DNA of 64,000 nucleotides from Balanoglossus misakiensis (lineage: Eukaryota; Animalia; Hemichordata). The position numbers and the translations under genes were made by a program. The DNA lies in the NCBI GenBank assembly GCA_040954595.2, contig CM082580.2, positions 9,898,390 through 9,962,389 on the forward strand. The letters run 5' to 3'. Position 1 is the stretch's first letter. Each line of letters begins with the position of its first letter. Shown here one piece after another: positions 54,401-64,000 of this stretch. The notes beneath the pieces were generated by a model. It was not told the origin of the DNA, did no database searches, and saw only the letters and a program-made list of their open reading frames with translations.

Positions 54401-56396
54401 ACCTGAGAAAAGATGCTGTCTGCGTTCACTTGGTCACCGGCCATGACCAGCAGATGGAGCGGCTGATTTTCGTGTTCGGCGCGCAGGTACCTCCACATGC
54501 TGCTTCTAGGAAGGTCAGATTTCGCTCTTTCTATCGACGAGGCATAATCTTCACACGACGACAGAGCGAATCTGGGGGCTGCGTTGAATGACGGGACAGA
54601 ACACTTGAATCTGCGACCGTCGGGCAGTTGGTAAGTGCAAGTTGTCTCCTGTAAGGTTGAATGGTTTTTTGAAAAGTTGCCTTGTAGATACACTTTTTGT
54701 AAATGGTAATGCTGACGAAGGCACATGGATAGTTTCATTTTCGTTGAGTCAAAATCATTCTCCAGAAATTGTTTTATAAACTGGTGACATTATCAGAACA
54801 CCCGAGGGGATATTTAGAAAAACGCTCAGTGGTAAATTGCTCCTGTACAATGTTATTGGTGCTCCTAAAGCTCTGAAAATTGACTTTTAGTACTAAATGA
54901 CCTTACATGAGTTTGGTGTCTGGGAACACTCCAGTCGTATCTCCACAACCTCATGCCAATCGCGGTTTCCAAAAGAACCTCTTCGCCAGTCCCGTGAGAA
55001 GAAACTGAAAAACGTGTACACAAAAGTCGAAATATATTATTCATGAATTTCATACAAAATAACAAAACAAGGAAAAGTTGTAATGCTCTAGGGAACATTG
55101 TCCTATTTACCTTTTCCTTCAGTTATGGAATGCTCAAAGGTCAAAGGTTGCAGTGCGTTTACTTCACTGGTCGTCACGACAAGACAGCAAAGTTTGTATT
55201 TTTCTGAGCTAGTCAGCGCCCGGATGCCTAGGACCGGTCCCATTAAAAAGTTCACGACCTGAGAGTAAGCAAATGAGCAACAGAATATGAATTAGGCACA
55301 CAGTATTGCAAATTTAGCCATATTTAGCGCAAAAAAGTACGCCACAAAACGGTCATTCCAAGACACGCCCTTATGCATATTTAAAGTAAGGGTCAGATCG
55401 TAAAAGGTATTAAAAGTGGGCTCACCTCATTTGCGTCACTGCTGGTTGACGACAGCTTCTTTAACTTTTTCTTTTCATCGAAGCAGTCCAACGTTAAAAT
55501 GCCCTCTTGCCACTTCGAGAGATCTCCGTGGTTTTTGAAAATGAATTTCTTGGATGTGGACTTGTTTTCAACCGTTATTTGATCAACTTTCCACCCTTCG
55601 ACGAATCCAGAGTTGTCAAATCCTGTAAAAGGGCCACGTACCAGCAGAAATATTCAGCCAAAACAATTTAACAAACAGTTCAAACCCTTCTACACGACCG
55701 GGGAGAATAGACAGAACGTTTCAACAAATCAACACGTACCCACTTTCACTTGTTTGACATCTTCGACGTGGCGGGCCTTCAATCTGAAAACATTTGTCTG
55801 TCCAGCTTGGAACGCACGGCCGTTTTGTCCGATGGCATCTTTGTATACCTGTTTGTTAAATGAAAATTTGTTGAACACTTTATCATCAATAAAATAATCT
55901 ATCACCACTGAATAAATTGTAAAATTCAAAGAGAATTCTCCTTTTACAGTGGGTCACATTGCTAACATTTACAAGTAATTTTCTCTTGTCACAGTAGTTT
56001 TATTGCGAACGTTTACGGATGGCCGATTATATACTGTTTTATTCCCACTGACTTGTTATTGCTATAGTCATAGAGAACAAATTTGAAGTCAAGAAGTCTA
56101 GATTTATATCGCACATGCACAGAGGTGAAACAGTACAAGCTCGGGGATGTGAGCTAAACAAGACATAACGTAGTGAAAGTGCGTTTTTTTGGACACGTTC
56201 GATGTGTTACTTGTATATATGACCAAATACTATGCACCAACGCACGCCACGGTAGTTGGAATGAATTCAAACATACCTGGAGTGGTAACGGTTCAGTAGT
56301 GACATCATCAGAAATGAACTGAATGCATATGGTAGCGTCACTGTAGCTGAAAACGCTGTGCTTCGTCACCACCGAAACTATGTATTCGACGGCCAT
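50195..56396 (-). CDS. PLAT/LH2 + PhoD-like (alkaline phosphatase D / PhoD_2-type) domain protein with C-terminal CaaX; 13 exons, 690 aa; probable pseudophosphatase
   Basis: Exons 56277-56396, 55740-55848, 55426-55622, 55111-55258, 54907-55004, 54403-54648, 53786-53957, 53360-53495, 53133-53244, 52590-52775, 51866-52093, 51271-51432, 50195-50353 sum to 2073 nt, all GT-AG, with no internal stop. PLAT-like motifs: YIVSVVT..SDATICI, FQAGQTNVF, FDNSGFVEGWKVDQITV. PhoD-like motifs: MGPVLG, LWRY, FALSSC, HLLVMAGDQVNAD, VPSLMMWNDHDIFNGYGS, LFQL, LDGRSERT, RVTILSGGVY, TSSPLV. Ends CSIL*. Confidence 0.87.
51866..53244 (-). CDS. PLAT-PhoD gene exons 9-11 (53133-53244, 52590-52775, 51866-52093)
   Basis: GDVAFL|VLDGRSERT, KHLFVV.EIPF, ER..L...RVTILSGGVY, TSSPLV; phases consistent. 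Confidence 0.85.
53360..53957 (-). CDS. PLAT-PhoD gene exons 7-8 (53786-53957, 53360-53495), VPSLMM-W-NDHDIFNGYGS
   Basis: The Trp codon is split T|GG across the intron and rebuilds the PhoD WDDHD-type motif. Confidence 0.88.
54068..54311. repeat. Short intronic direct repeats
   Basis: TACGGGGATTGGAATTGAAA at 54068 and 54116; AAATGTACAGCTAC..CTAAATTCTAC at ~54090 and ~54284. Confidence 0.8.
54403..54648 (-). CDS. PLAT-PhoD gene exon 6 (FALSSC...HLLVMAGDQVNADSIF)
   Basis: Within ORF 54343..54738; 246 nt, phase 0-0; first PhoD metal-binding motifs. Confidence 0.88.
55426..56396 (-). CDS. Exons 1-3 of the PLAT-PhoD gene: PLAT/LH2 domain (56277-56396, 55740-55848, 55426-55622)
   Basis: Phases 0,1,0 are consistent; the joined sequence follows the PLAT consensus YxVxVxT...DAxVxI...F(E/Q)xGxxxxF...DNSG..xW. 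Confidence 0.82.
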
Positions 56397-56426
56397 GACT
56401 GGAGCCCAACATTTGCTCTTTTTATA
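56397..56426 (-). promoter_or_regulatory. Possible TATA box + initiator of the PLAT-PhoD gene
   Basis: TATAAAAAG at 56426-56418, 26 nt before CCAGTC immediately preceding the ATG; the CAG could instead be a splice acceptor. Confidence 0.3.
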
Positions 56427-57805
56427 TCAAATATCAATGGCCTGCTATCCCCCGGTGCTAAGTAGAACCTAAGTATATCTGACTCCGTTTTACAGATACA
56501 GGGCACAGTGCAACAGGCTGTTCTCCGTATCATAGGTTTGTGATGGTAATCTGTACCTGGCACGTACCCATATGTCGCATTCTGGGAGTGGATAATGCGT
56601 TATTGTAAAAATTTATGAAAGCTGACATTTAACCTTTATGAAAACGTTATCAAAGGGTATTACTGTAAATATCAAAACCACGCACAAATGGTTGTGACTG
56701 GACTGCTGTGTATTTGCTTATTTGAAAAGCAAAGTGACATATATACTGAGCCTACCATCTAAAATGGATGAAAGCAAACACTGTTATTTAAAATAGAGGT
56801 TACTGAGTTTGTGTAAACTCAACAAACCAGGTTGGTTATATTAACAAGACAAATTCTACTGGTACTACGTTTGTGATCGGACCATCTTGCTAATTTGGTT
56901 TGACATTGGTCTCCTGTGTGCTATTTCCATGTCGAGAGCACTGTCTATCAGGATGAGAGATTACTGTGCCTATTGGAAGCGTACTGGCCTCTTTTGTCCC
57001 AAATCCGCATTAAGAGCTTTACGATGAATTGTGGATAGATGGTGGAGATGAGGATCAGGCGGGGATGTTGCCATAGATCCGTGCATAGGAAATGGTTCGT
57101 TCCTGCACATTGACTGGTGGCGCTATAAATGGTTTTATTATGTGACGAAAAATTTGCGTCACATCGCAAGCAACAAAGTTCACACTCCAGACACTTTTAA
57201 AAATACGGTTGCAGTGTTTCTCAACCATTAACAGGTGGAGTTTTCTTTGCAAATTTACACCATCTACGGTCAAATTTGGTATGCGTACATCGCTGTTGAT
57301 TAAACCTATGTCGATACTTATGACAGGTAATGTGGTGAGTGAGACAATTTTTAAAATCATATGCAAAATATTGCTATTTTATTCATAGTTCAAAGCAGTG
57401 GGAGTTAGTTTTTTCATGTTTGTGCGAAATAATATTCATACCAAATATTAAACTATAGAATATAAGGGGATGATATTTATGTTTTTTTGAACCAATATAA
57501 GATTAATAATTAAGAAGTTTTATATATATATAATAGCCAGGCATTGCAAAGCAAGAAAAAACAGGTATGACACATCCTATTTAAATATTAGGTACCTGGT
57601 ATGTGGTACATAATTGTTTTCAGCTTAAACGACTCACACATAACTAACTTTATGTGGCTTTGAACACACCTGTATATACCGGCATATGATATCAATACAA
57701 AAGTATCAAAAACATAAACATTGTGCAGGTCTGCAGCCAAGGAAGTAAAAGTAAGTAAAATCACTTATCAAGCTTAAAAATAAGTCCACCATCATTCACT
57801 AAATT

Positions 57806-59126
57806 TCATTTAACTAGACCTCCATGTTTAAACAATATATCAGGCATATGGCTACTGTGACGTTGTGGAATGCTGTTACTATACGACAGCGATTCACTAA
57901 GTTTGCTGTCACCAATTATATTGTAACTGTCACAAGAAAATTGATCTTTGTGGATATTTGGATAATCTATCCAAGGTGCAGTAACGCCGATGCCGCTGTC
58001 ATAGCGTTGATGACCGCATTTTCTTGCACTCTTTCTTGAAGTATTTTTCCGGCTTTCCATATGTGAGGGAAAGGAGGAACAGGCTACTCTTGCAGTTACA
58101 GGGGTCATGTTACTACCGGTACTGCAATGTGGTAGTGATTGAGGTTTTTGAAGGGCTTGATCAGGTTTGGATTGACAAATTATGGCATCTTCTCTCTCTT
58201 TGTCAGGCTGACAGCTCCCAGTCGGGGTTACTGGGTTGAAGTTTACATCTGTGCCACAATCATTACTGTTACATGTACCTTTAACAAAGTCATGATCAGT
58301 TGGAGGAGTGTGACCAACTAAGATAACTTTTGGTGTCGACTCTTGCTGGACATCATCATGGTCAAATGACTGGCAACAAGGCCTATGAGTAGTCTGGCTT
58401 CCTTTATCATCAGTGGTTTTATCTAGTGCAGTTGCTTCAGTCTGAACTTCTCTGTCTGCAGCAGAGAGACAAAGGTAATAAACAAAAAATGTGAAATATA
58501 ATCAATACATACATTTGCACATTGTACAATATATGTGTATATGCACGCTACTTGATTTTTTCTTCACAAACGTGAACTCAGGAAAAAAATAACATGAGAT
58601 ATCCAGTATGTATAATGTTCCTACCTTCAATCTGTTTTGTAGCCTCAGCACTTTCGGAAGTAGATTTCCCACTTGGTACACATTTTTCAGTCAAATTTAT
58701 TGGTATCTGAATTTCAACATTTGCAGAATCCTTTGGTATCTCTTCTACTGACGCAACACCCATAGAAGTTGACTCTTCTCTTGTTATCTGTTTTCCAAAT
58801 ACAGCACTTGTTGGATTTGCGGCAGGGCTTGTCATTGAAGCTGCCTGCACTGATGCATTTTCTATATGAGGAAAATGGGATAAATATATAAATACCTGTA
58901 AATGCCACGAATATGTGATTATCATGTAGTCATCTGGTCATTATGATAGGATTAAGTGGAAAAGTGCCTCGTGAGAAAAGCCCTGTTTAAATTAACATAC
59001 CCCTTTTCCTTCTCTCCTCCTCCTCGATGTCTGCTTTTTGAATTAACTCTTTTGCGTTCTCCTGATGCTCCAGAGCTTTTTCGATTTCAGCCATGTCAAA
59101 ATACACAGTGCCAAGGTTGTAGTGAG
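57806..59126 (-). CDS. STAND gene last three exons (59001-59126 TPR; 58625-58861; 57806-58455 low-complexity tail and stop)
   Basis: Phase-1 junctions; the last exon stays open into ORF 57806..58108. Confidence 0.8.
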
Positions 59127-62100
59127 CTGTACAAATATATAGAAATATGAGAAATAGTAAATGGAGTATGTCGTACAATGAATGGGTGTACCAGCAGTCA
59201 TTGCATATTTCTAAATAGAAATAATTTATAGCTGCAGCCTTAAATTTTAAGAATTAACATGGCAAGGTTGTTCTGGAACAACCTTCACCAACTGTGATGC
59301 CTACCTCCAGCTAGTTTCCTCATGCCAATATCACTGGACTGCTGTTTGTCCAGTAATATCTTGGCAACATCGAAGGAAGTCTTATAAAGTGGCACGGCTG
59401 CGCGTGGCCGCCTTTTGATGGCTCTCAAGTAAAAACCAACAGTGTTAAAAAGAGGCACGGGGTCTATCAGCGAGTCTTTGTTGCTCTCAACAAACGATTC
59501 TGTGAAAGTTCTTTGCAATGCTTGGGTGTGGAGAACAATTTCTTCTTCCTCTGGTTTAAGCGGAGATGACGACACACACATAGCAGATTTCTTTGGAAAT
59601 TTTTCCTTTAGTATTAGAACTGCATCGTTCACAGTTTGTATGTATCTGTCTGAGTGTTTCTGCAAGCTTTCCTTCACTAGGTCTTGGATAACCGTCGGAA
59701 TGCTGAATACAGACGGCTTACTCGAGGTGGACAGTGCCAGATTGTGTTGACAAAGTATTGACAGCAGCTTGGGAAAGGTGTCCACATCGTGGTGCTCGAT
59801 GTGACTATCTTCTTCACCAGATATGTGGTGATCATCTACAACTTTTGATTTTAGGCATTTTAGGATGTGGTCATTTTCAGCTACTAGAGATTGCGATATT
59901 GTAGGGTGGAAGAATGCAGAAACATTCAGTAGGGACAGTGCTTCATAGCCGCTTGGGTAGCTTTTTATTTGTCGTCGCATCATTGTCCAAGCGCTTGGAA
60001 GAATGCGAACAGTCATTCGACTGAATACAAAATGTACACATTTATATAGCTGATGCTGCCGATCCTTCGGCACCAAACACCGTTGGGCATTTTTCTCTTC
60101 GCCTGATTGTACACAAAAGCACCCACTACTGTCGTATTGAACTGTGTCTTCTTCTGTCTTACCATTCTTGTCATGTTCTCCACTATTACTGCTTTCACTG
60201 CTATCAGCTGTGACAGATTTATCCAAGTGCACCATTTGCTGTTGCATTTTTAGATGGGTGTCCCTGTACTTGAGGAAAGTGGACTTTGTCTGTTTGATGT
60301 AAGAACCTGCTAATGTGAGAGCAAGTGGAAAATCGCCCAGTTGGTCGACCATTTCACAGAATGCATCATACTCTTCTTTGTTGTTGCCTTCCATGTTTCT
60401 GAGAGCGACATACGCATCCGATGGCTGTATTCCGTTGCAGCATAGCAGTAACTTCATGGAGGCTGCCCGGGACAATGGACCGATCGGAATCTGCTCTGAA
60501 ATTCCAGGAATGAAATCCTTGAACGTGGTCACCCTTGTAGTAATGATGATATGACCTTTGCAAGGGAATGCTGGGAAATAATGTTTCATCAGCTCCAGGT
60601 CATTTGCATCGTCCAGGACAAGTAGCCAGCCTGGATTCAACTCCAACCATTCTAGGATTTTCGACTTCATCTGCTTGGCTGTTAAACAGGGATCCTCACC
60701 GTTCCCATCATATGGAAGACCTAAGGTCTCAATCTGTTGTGCACAAATAGGAAACCCAAATGATTCATTTTAGAAAGTGAAATTGCAAGAAAACAAACCA
60801 CCTTCATTAACAAATAATGAACTCCTTGCATTTTCTATTGTAAGCTTATTCTGGATTTTGTTTGTCTGTGCAACATGTAAATGTTACATATCTGTCCTAT
60901 GATTTTGAATATGGATGGTATATTTTACTAATTAAAGGCTCTTACCATGCATCGGAAACCATGGTCAAGTCCAGCTACTGATGATGCGTTCAACCAAAAT
61001 ATTCCACCAGGATAATCAGAATGGTATCTATGAATGTAGTTAGCAGCAATCTGGGTTTTACCAATGCCAGGATCTCCCACAAGAACCTAAATAAAAGGTA
61101 CAAAATTAATCATCATTTTGTGTGTGTAGCTTTTTCTGTGTTATTGCTACACTGTATACAATGCATGGTTTAGTTAATATTTAGGGTCCAAGACTAACTT
61201 TGAATGAATCAAAAATACTGGTTGGGGGTGACTTGGAGGAATACTTCTGAATAATGTCATATTGGGCCACCACAAGTCACGGTGCAGAGTTGAGATACAA
61301 TGTGTACAAATGTCTTAAATGGCAACAACGGTGGTAAGATGTACGCTATTAGACAAGAATCTGAATTTCTTCCACTTACATGGAGCAGATTGTCTTTGGA
61401 AACCTCTTCTATAATATCTTGTTTACAGCTTCTATATGATTTGTGTATTTTGTCCAAGACGTCATCGCGACCAACAAAGACTTCAACGACAGGAGGAATC
61501 AGTCCTGCAATAAACAAAAATTGATGTATAAAACCAATGGTAAATGCAAGAACCTTACAGGCCATGTTATTGAAGACTGCAGACACAAATTGAAAGGACT
61601 ATAGGTAAGAGTAAACTTGATTGATCCTCATTGTAATTATCATTTTAATGGTGATAAGCTAGCTTGTTATGATGATGATCACTGGACCTGTTTGATGTCA
61701 TAATGGCATTGTATGTTTTAAGTGAGATTACATGTATCTATTTCTATAGATCTATCTTTGGGCATGTATTAGTTACTCACCACTAATTTTTTCAGATATT
61801 GTGCAAGTTTTGTCTGAGACCTCAGGAATGTCCTTTGTGCCAGCTTCAGTTGAACCATCACCTGGAATGAATTATGAGAACTAATACTTAGAAATACAGT
61901 CTGTACAATTTTCAACTTCATTTGCGCAAACAATTTTCTTTCAGATGATAGTAAATTTTTCAACAACTCAGTTGTAAGAATGAAGGAGAGAAAAATTGAC
62001 ATGGCAATATTAATGAATAATAAGGAAAGAAACCAGAATGAAAGAGAAAAGTAAGCAGAATAAAACAAATTACCTAGGTCCTTTACCACATCCACAAAGT

Positions 62101-63791
62101 CATCTTCGAAATGCGAGACTTGTAAAGTCTCTGCATTTCCCAACACTGGTTTGGCGATCTTTTTGATCAGTTCTTCCATTTGACCGTTCCTCATTTTTTC
62201 CAGTATCTCATCGGCTTCCTCTTGACTTGTGACCTGCAGGTCAAGTATGATGCAACCTTCCCTGACATCAGTGACGACATATCCCAGTTCAGCTGCAATG
62301 GAGCTTGCTCCTTGCGTGGCTTCCTCGTCGCCAGAGCCACCTTGCTGCGATGATAAGGATGATGAAAAGTGCTCCTGGAGAGCCCTGATTACATCTTCGT
62401 TTTGGTCGTCAATGACTAATCTCACTGAAATGTGAAAAGAGAGACGATTTACATGTAAAGTTTGGGCACTTTTTGTGTATATTTCTTATCACTATCTTGG
62501 TTTGAATTCATGCACAGAAAGCATGAAATTTACCTGTGTTTGGCCGTCTTGGGTGTGTTCTTTGCTTTGCCAAGAGATGGTCTTCTTCTGTAAAAATACA
62601 GAAATTATGGGGGAAAAAATCCAGTCATTCAACTTGCTATTATCAGGAACAAATATCCCCAAAAGCCTGCAGTACTATGTACATGTATACTGAAAATCAG
62701 GAAGCGAAATGTCACCATATATATAAAACAGCAAAGGTTTCACCACTGTATATTTGGCTCTCTGATGACAATTTGACACAAACTCTTACCAATTTCTTTA
62801 TATGCATCCAGAAAGTCCTGCTCAATGGCAATAACATCCATCCTGGGATCCTGGACTTTTGCTTTTACAAACAAATCATCCAAACACAGCAGTGTTCTTA
62901 ACTTGGTCGCTGTCTCCCCACTCTGAAGGTTTCTAAACAGGGTTCTGGCATCACTGACACTCTTTGGGAAAGCAATCAACACCACGCATCCGTAGTTGAT
63001 AATCACATGATAGCTGGCGAGAATGCTCAGAAGACTGTGCCAGACTTCATTTTTATCATTTTCACTTGTTTGCAAGAACTGCAGAAGTTGTGCTGCAAGT
63101 TTGACATTCGTGTCCAGGACAATTCTCACTGAAAGAACACAAAGAAATGTATGACTGTTTTGGTTGACATTTGTAGCAAAATGTGTCATAAATTTTTGGA
63201 GGCAAACTTATGACATATCAGCTAGCCTAGCTTTTCGACAGTGTTACTTTAAATTTTGATATGATCAGTAGAAAGTTTAGTGTATGTGTGAAAAAATGTG
63301 ACAACACATACCAGAGCGTGTAGTCCTGTGATGCGATTGTAATTTTAGTTCCTCATAATCCTGTCGGGACTGGTCTTTGCCATTAGCACTTGCTGGTGGT
63401 AAAACAAACAAATTCTGAAAATTATCAGGTGATAACTTGATACCTTATAAGTTTGTCTTATCCATTTGGATTTAAATGAATGGGTTTGATTGTAGGTGAG
63501 TTAAAAATTACATGTCGTTTATGTGGTGAGAAATATGCAATCAGTCTATGATACAACAGAAGAAGCAAGAAGAAGCGAGGTCAACTACCATGGATAAAAT
63601 GTCTTACCAAGTGAAACAAGACCTTCCGGTTCGACAACCATGACACTGGCATCAGATGAAGGGCACTCCATTGATGACTCTTCAGGTGAATCTCCCCAGT
63701 CTCCGTGGTGATCCTCCTCCAGGTCATCGTCATCAGCATCCACATCCCTCCTCCTCCTGCTCTTCTCACAACCCTCGGAGTTTAACTTGTC
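57806..63791 (-). CDS. STAND P-loop NTPase (NB-ARC/AP-ATPase type) with two TRADD-N-like modules and TPR; NLR-like; 11 exons in window (1238 aa), 5' end outside window
   Basis: Exons 63608-63791, 62790-63128, 62534-62587, 62074-62424, 61781-61861, 61380-61504, 60946-61086, 59305-60733, 59001-59126, 58625-58861, 57806-58455 sum to 3717 nt in frame. Motifs: FVGRDDVL, Walker A GDPGIGKT, IFWLNAS, Walker B WLLVLDDAND, sensor-1 HIIITTR, GDFPLALTLAGSYI, TPR-like AHYNLGTVYFDMAEIEKALEHQENA. Confidence 0.9.
59305..60733 (-). CDS. STAND gene large exon (Walker B, sensor 1, GxP, winged helix, first TPR)
   Basis: 1429-nt open exon containing ORF 59285..60670. Confidence 0.93.
60946..61504 (-). CDS. STAND gene exons 61380-61504 and 60946-61086 (FVGR motif and Walker A)
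   Basis: GLIPPVVEVFVGRDDVLDKI; VLVGDPGIGKTQIAANY...GGIFWLNAS; Walker A at 61054-61077. Confidence 0.9.
62074..62424 (-). CDS. STAND gene exon, TRADD-N-like module 2
   Basis: 351 nt, phase 1-1; VRLVID...VREGCIILDLQVTSQEEADEILEKMRNG...EDDFVDVVKDL. Confidence 0.8.
62790..63128 (-). CDS. STAND gene exon, TRADD-N-like module 1
   Basis: 339 nt, phase 1-1; VRIVLD...YGCVVL...SVSDARTLFRNLQSG...EQDFLDAYKEI. Confidence 0.75.
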
Positions 63792-64000
63792 CTGTTGACA
63801 TTCTACTGAAAAGATGTGTGTTTTACCTGCAATTGAAACATCAATACATGGACATCATATAATCATGCATCACCATTACTGATTAATTGGAAACATAATT
63901 ATTGTTAGCCATGGCTAACATCTGCACTCTCATCAAAATCATCATATAAAATCATTTTATACTACTATTATAATGTGCATTTACCATACGGTTTGGATGT

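Noticed and set aside
50195-56396. Bacterial contamination or classical pseudogene as the explanation for the PhoD-like sequence
   Set aside because: Twelve canonical introns with matching phases and no frameshift or premature stop
56397-57805. Fusion of the STAND and PLAT-PhoD genes into one ORF
   Set aside because: The STAND frame ends at a stop at 57806-57808 and the downstream gene has its own ATG; no linking exon seen
1-64000. CRISPR arrays, rRNA, tRNA, transposase or reverse transcriptase ORFs
   Set aside because: None recognised; the repeats present are simple or two-copy, with no repeat-spacer structure

Overview
AT-rich animal genomic DNA with spliceosomal GT-AG introns, probably an invertebrate deuterostome (inference only). 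There are no prokaryotic features. Three intron-containing genes, all on the minus strand, were assembled by hand with consistent splice phases. (1) 57806->63791, 5' end outside the window: an NLR-like STAND protein with two tandem TRADD-N-like modules, NB-ARC-type NTPase, winged helix, short TPR region and low-complexity tail. (2) 50195-56396: a complete 13-exon, 690-aa gene with an unusual architecture, PLAT/LH2 domain + PhoD-like (PhoD_2-type) phosphatase fold + C-terminal CaaX (CSIL*). Its reading frame is intact but most metal-binding motifs are substituted, so it is a candidate membrane-tethered pseudophosphatase; it lies 1.4 kb downstream of the STAND gene. (3) <17061-47909: the first 8 coding exons of an IA-2/PTPRN/PTPRN2 orthologue (signal peptide, RESP18-homology domain, acidic pro-region, start of the mature ectodomain). 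Its long introns hold a ~1 kb compound (GAT)n/(GAG)n repeat, MITE-like elements, CRE and RFX X-box motifs, a tight NF-kB site cluster and possible internal first exons. All family assignments come from remembered motifs, not from searches.
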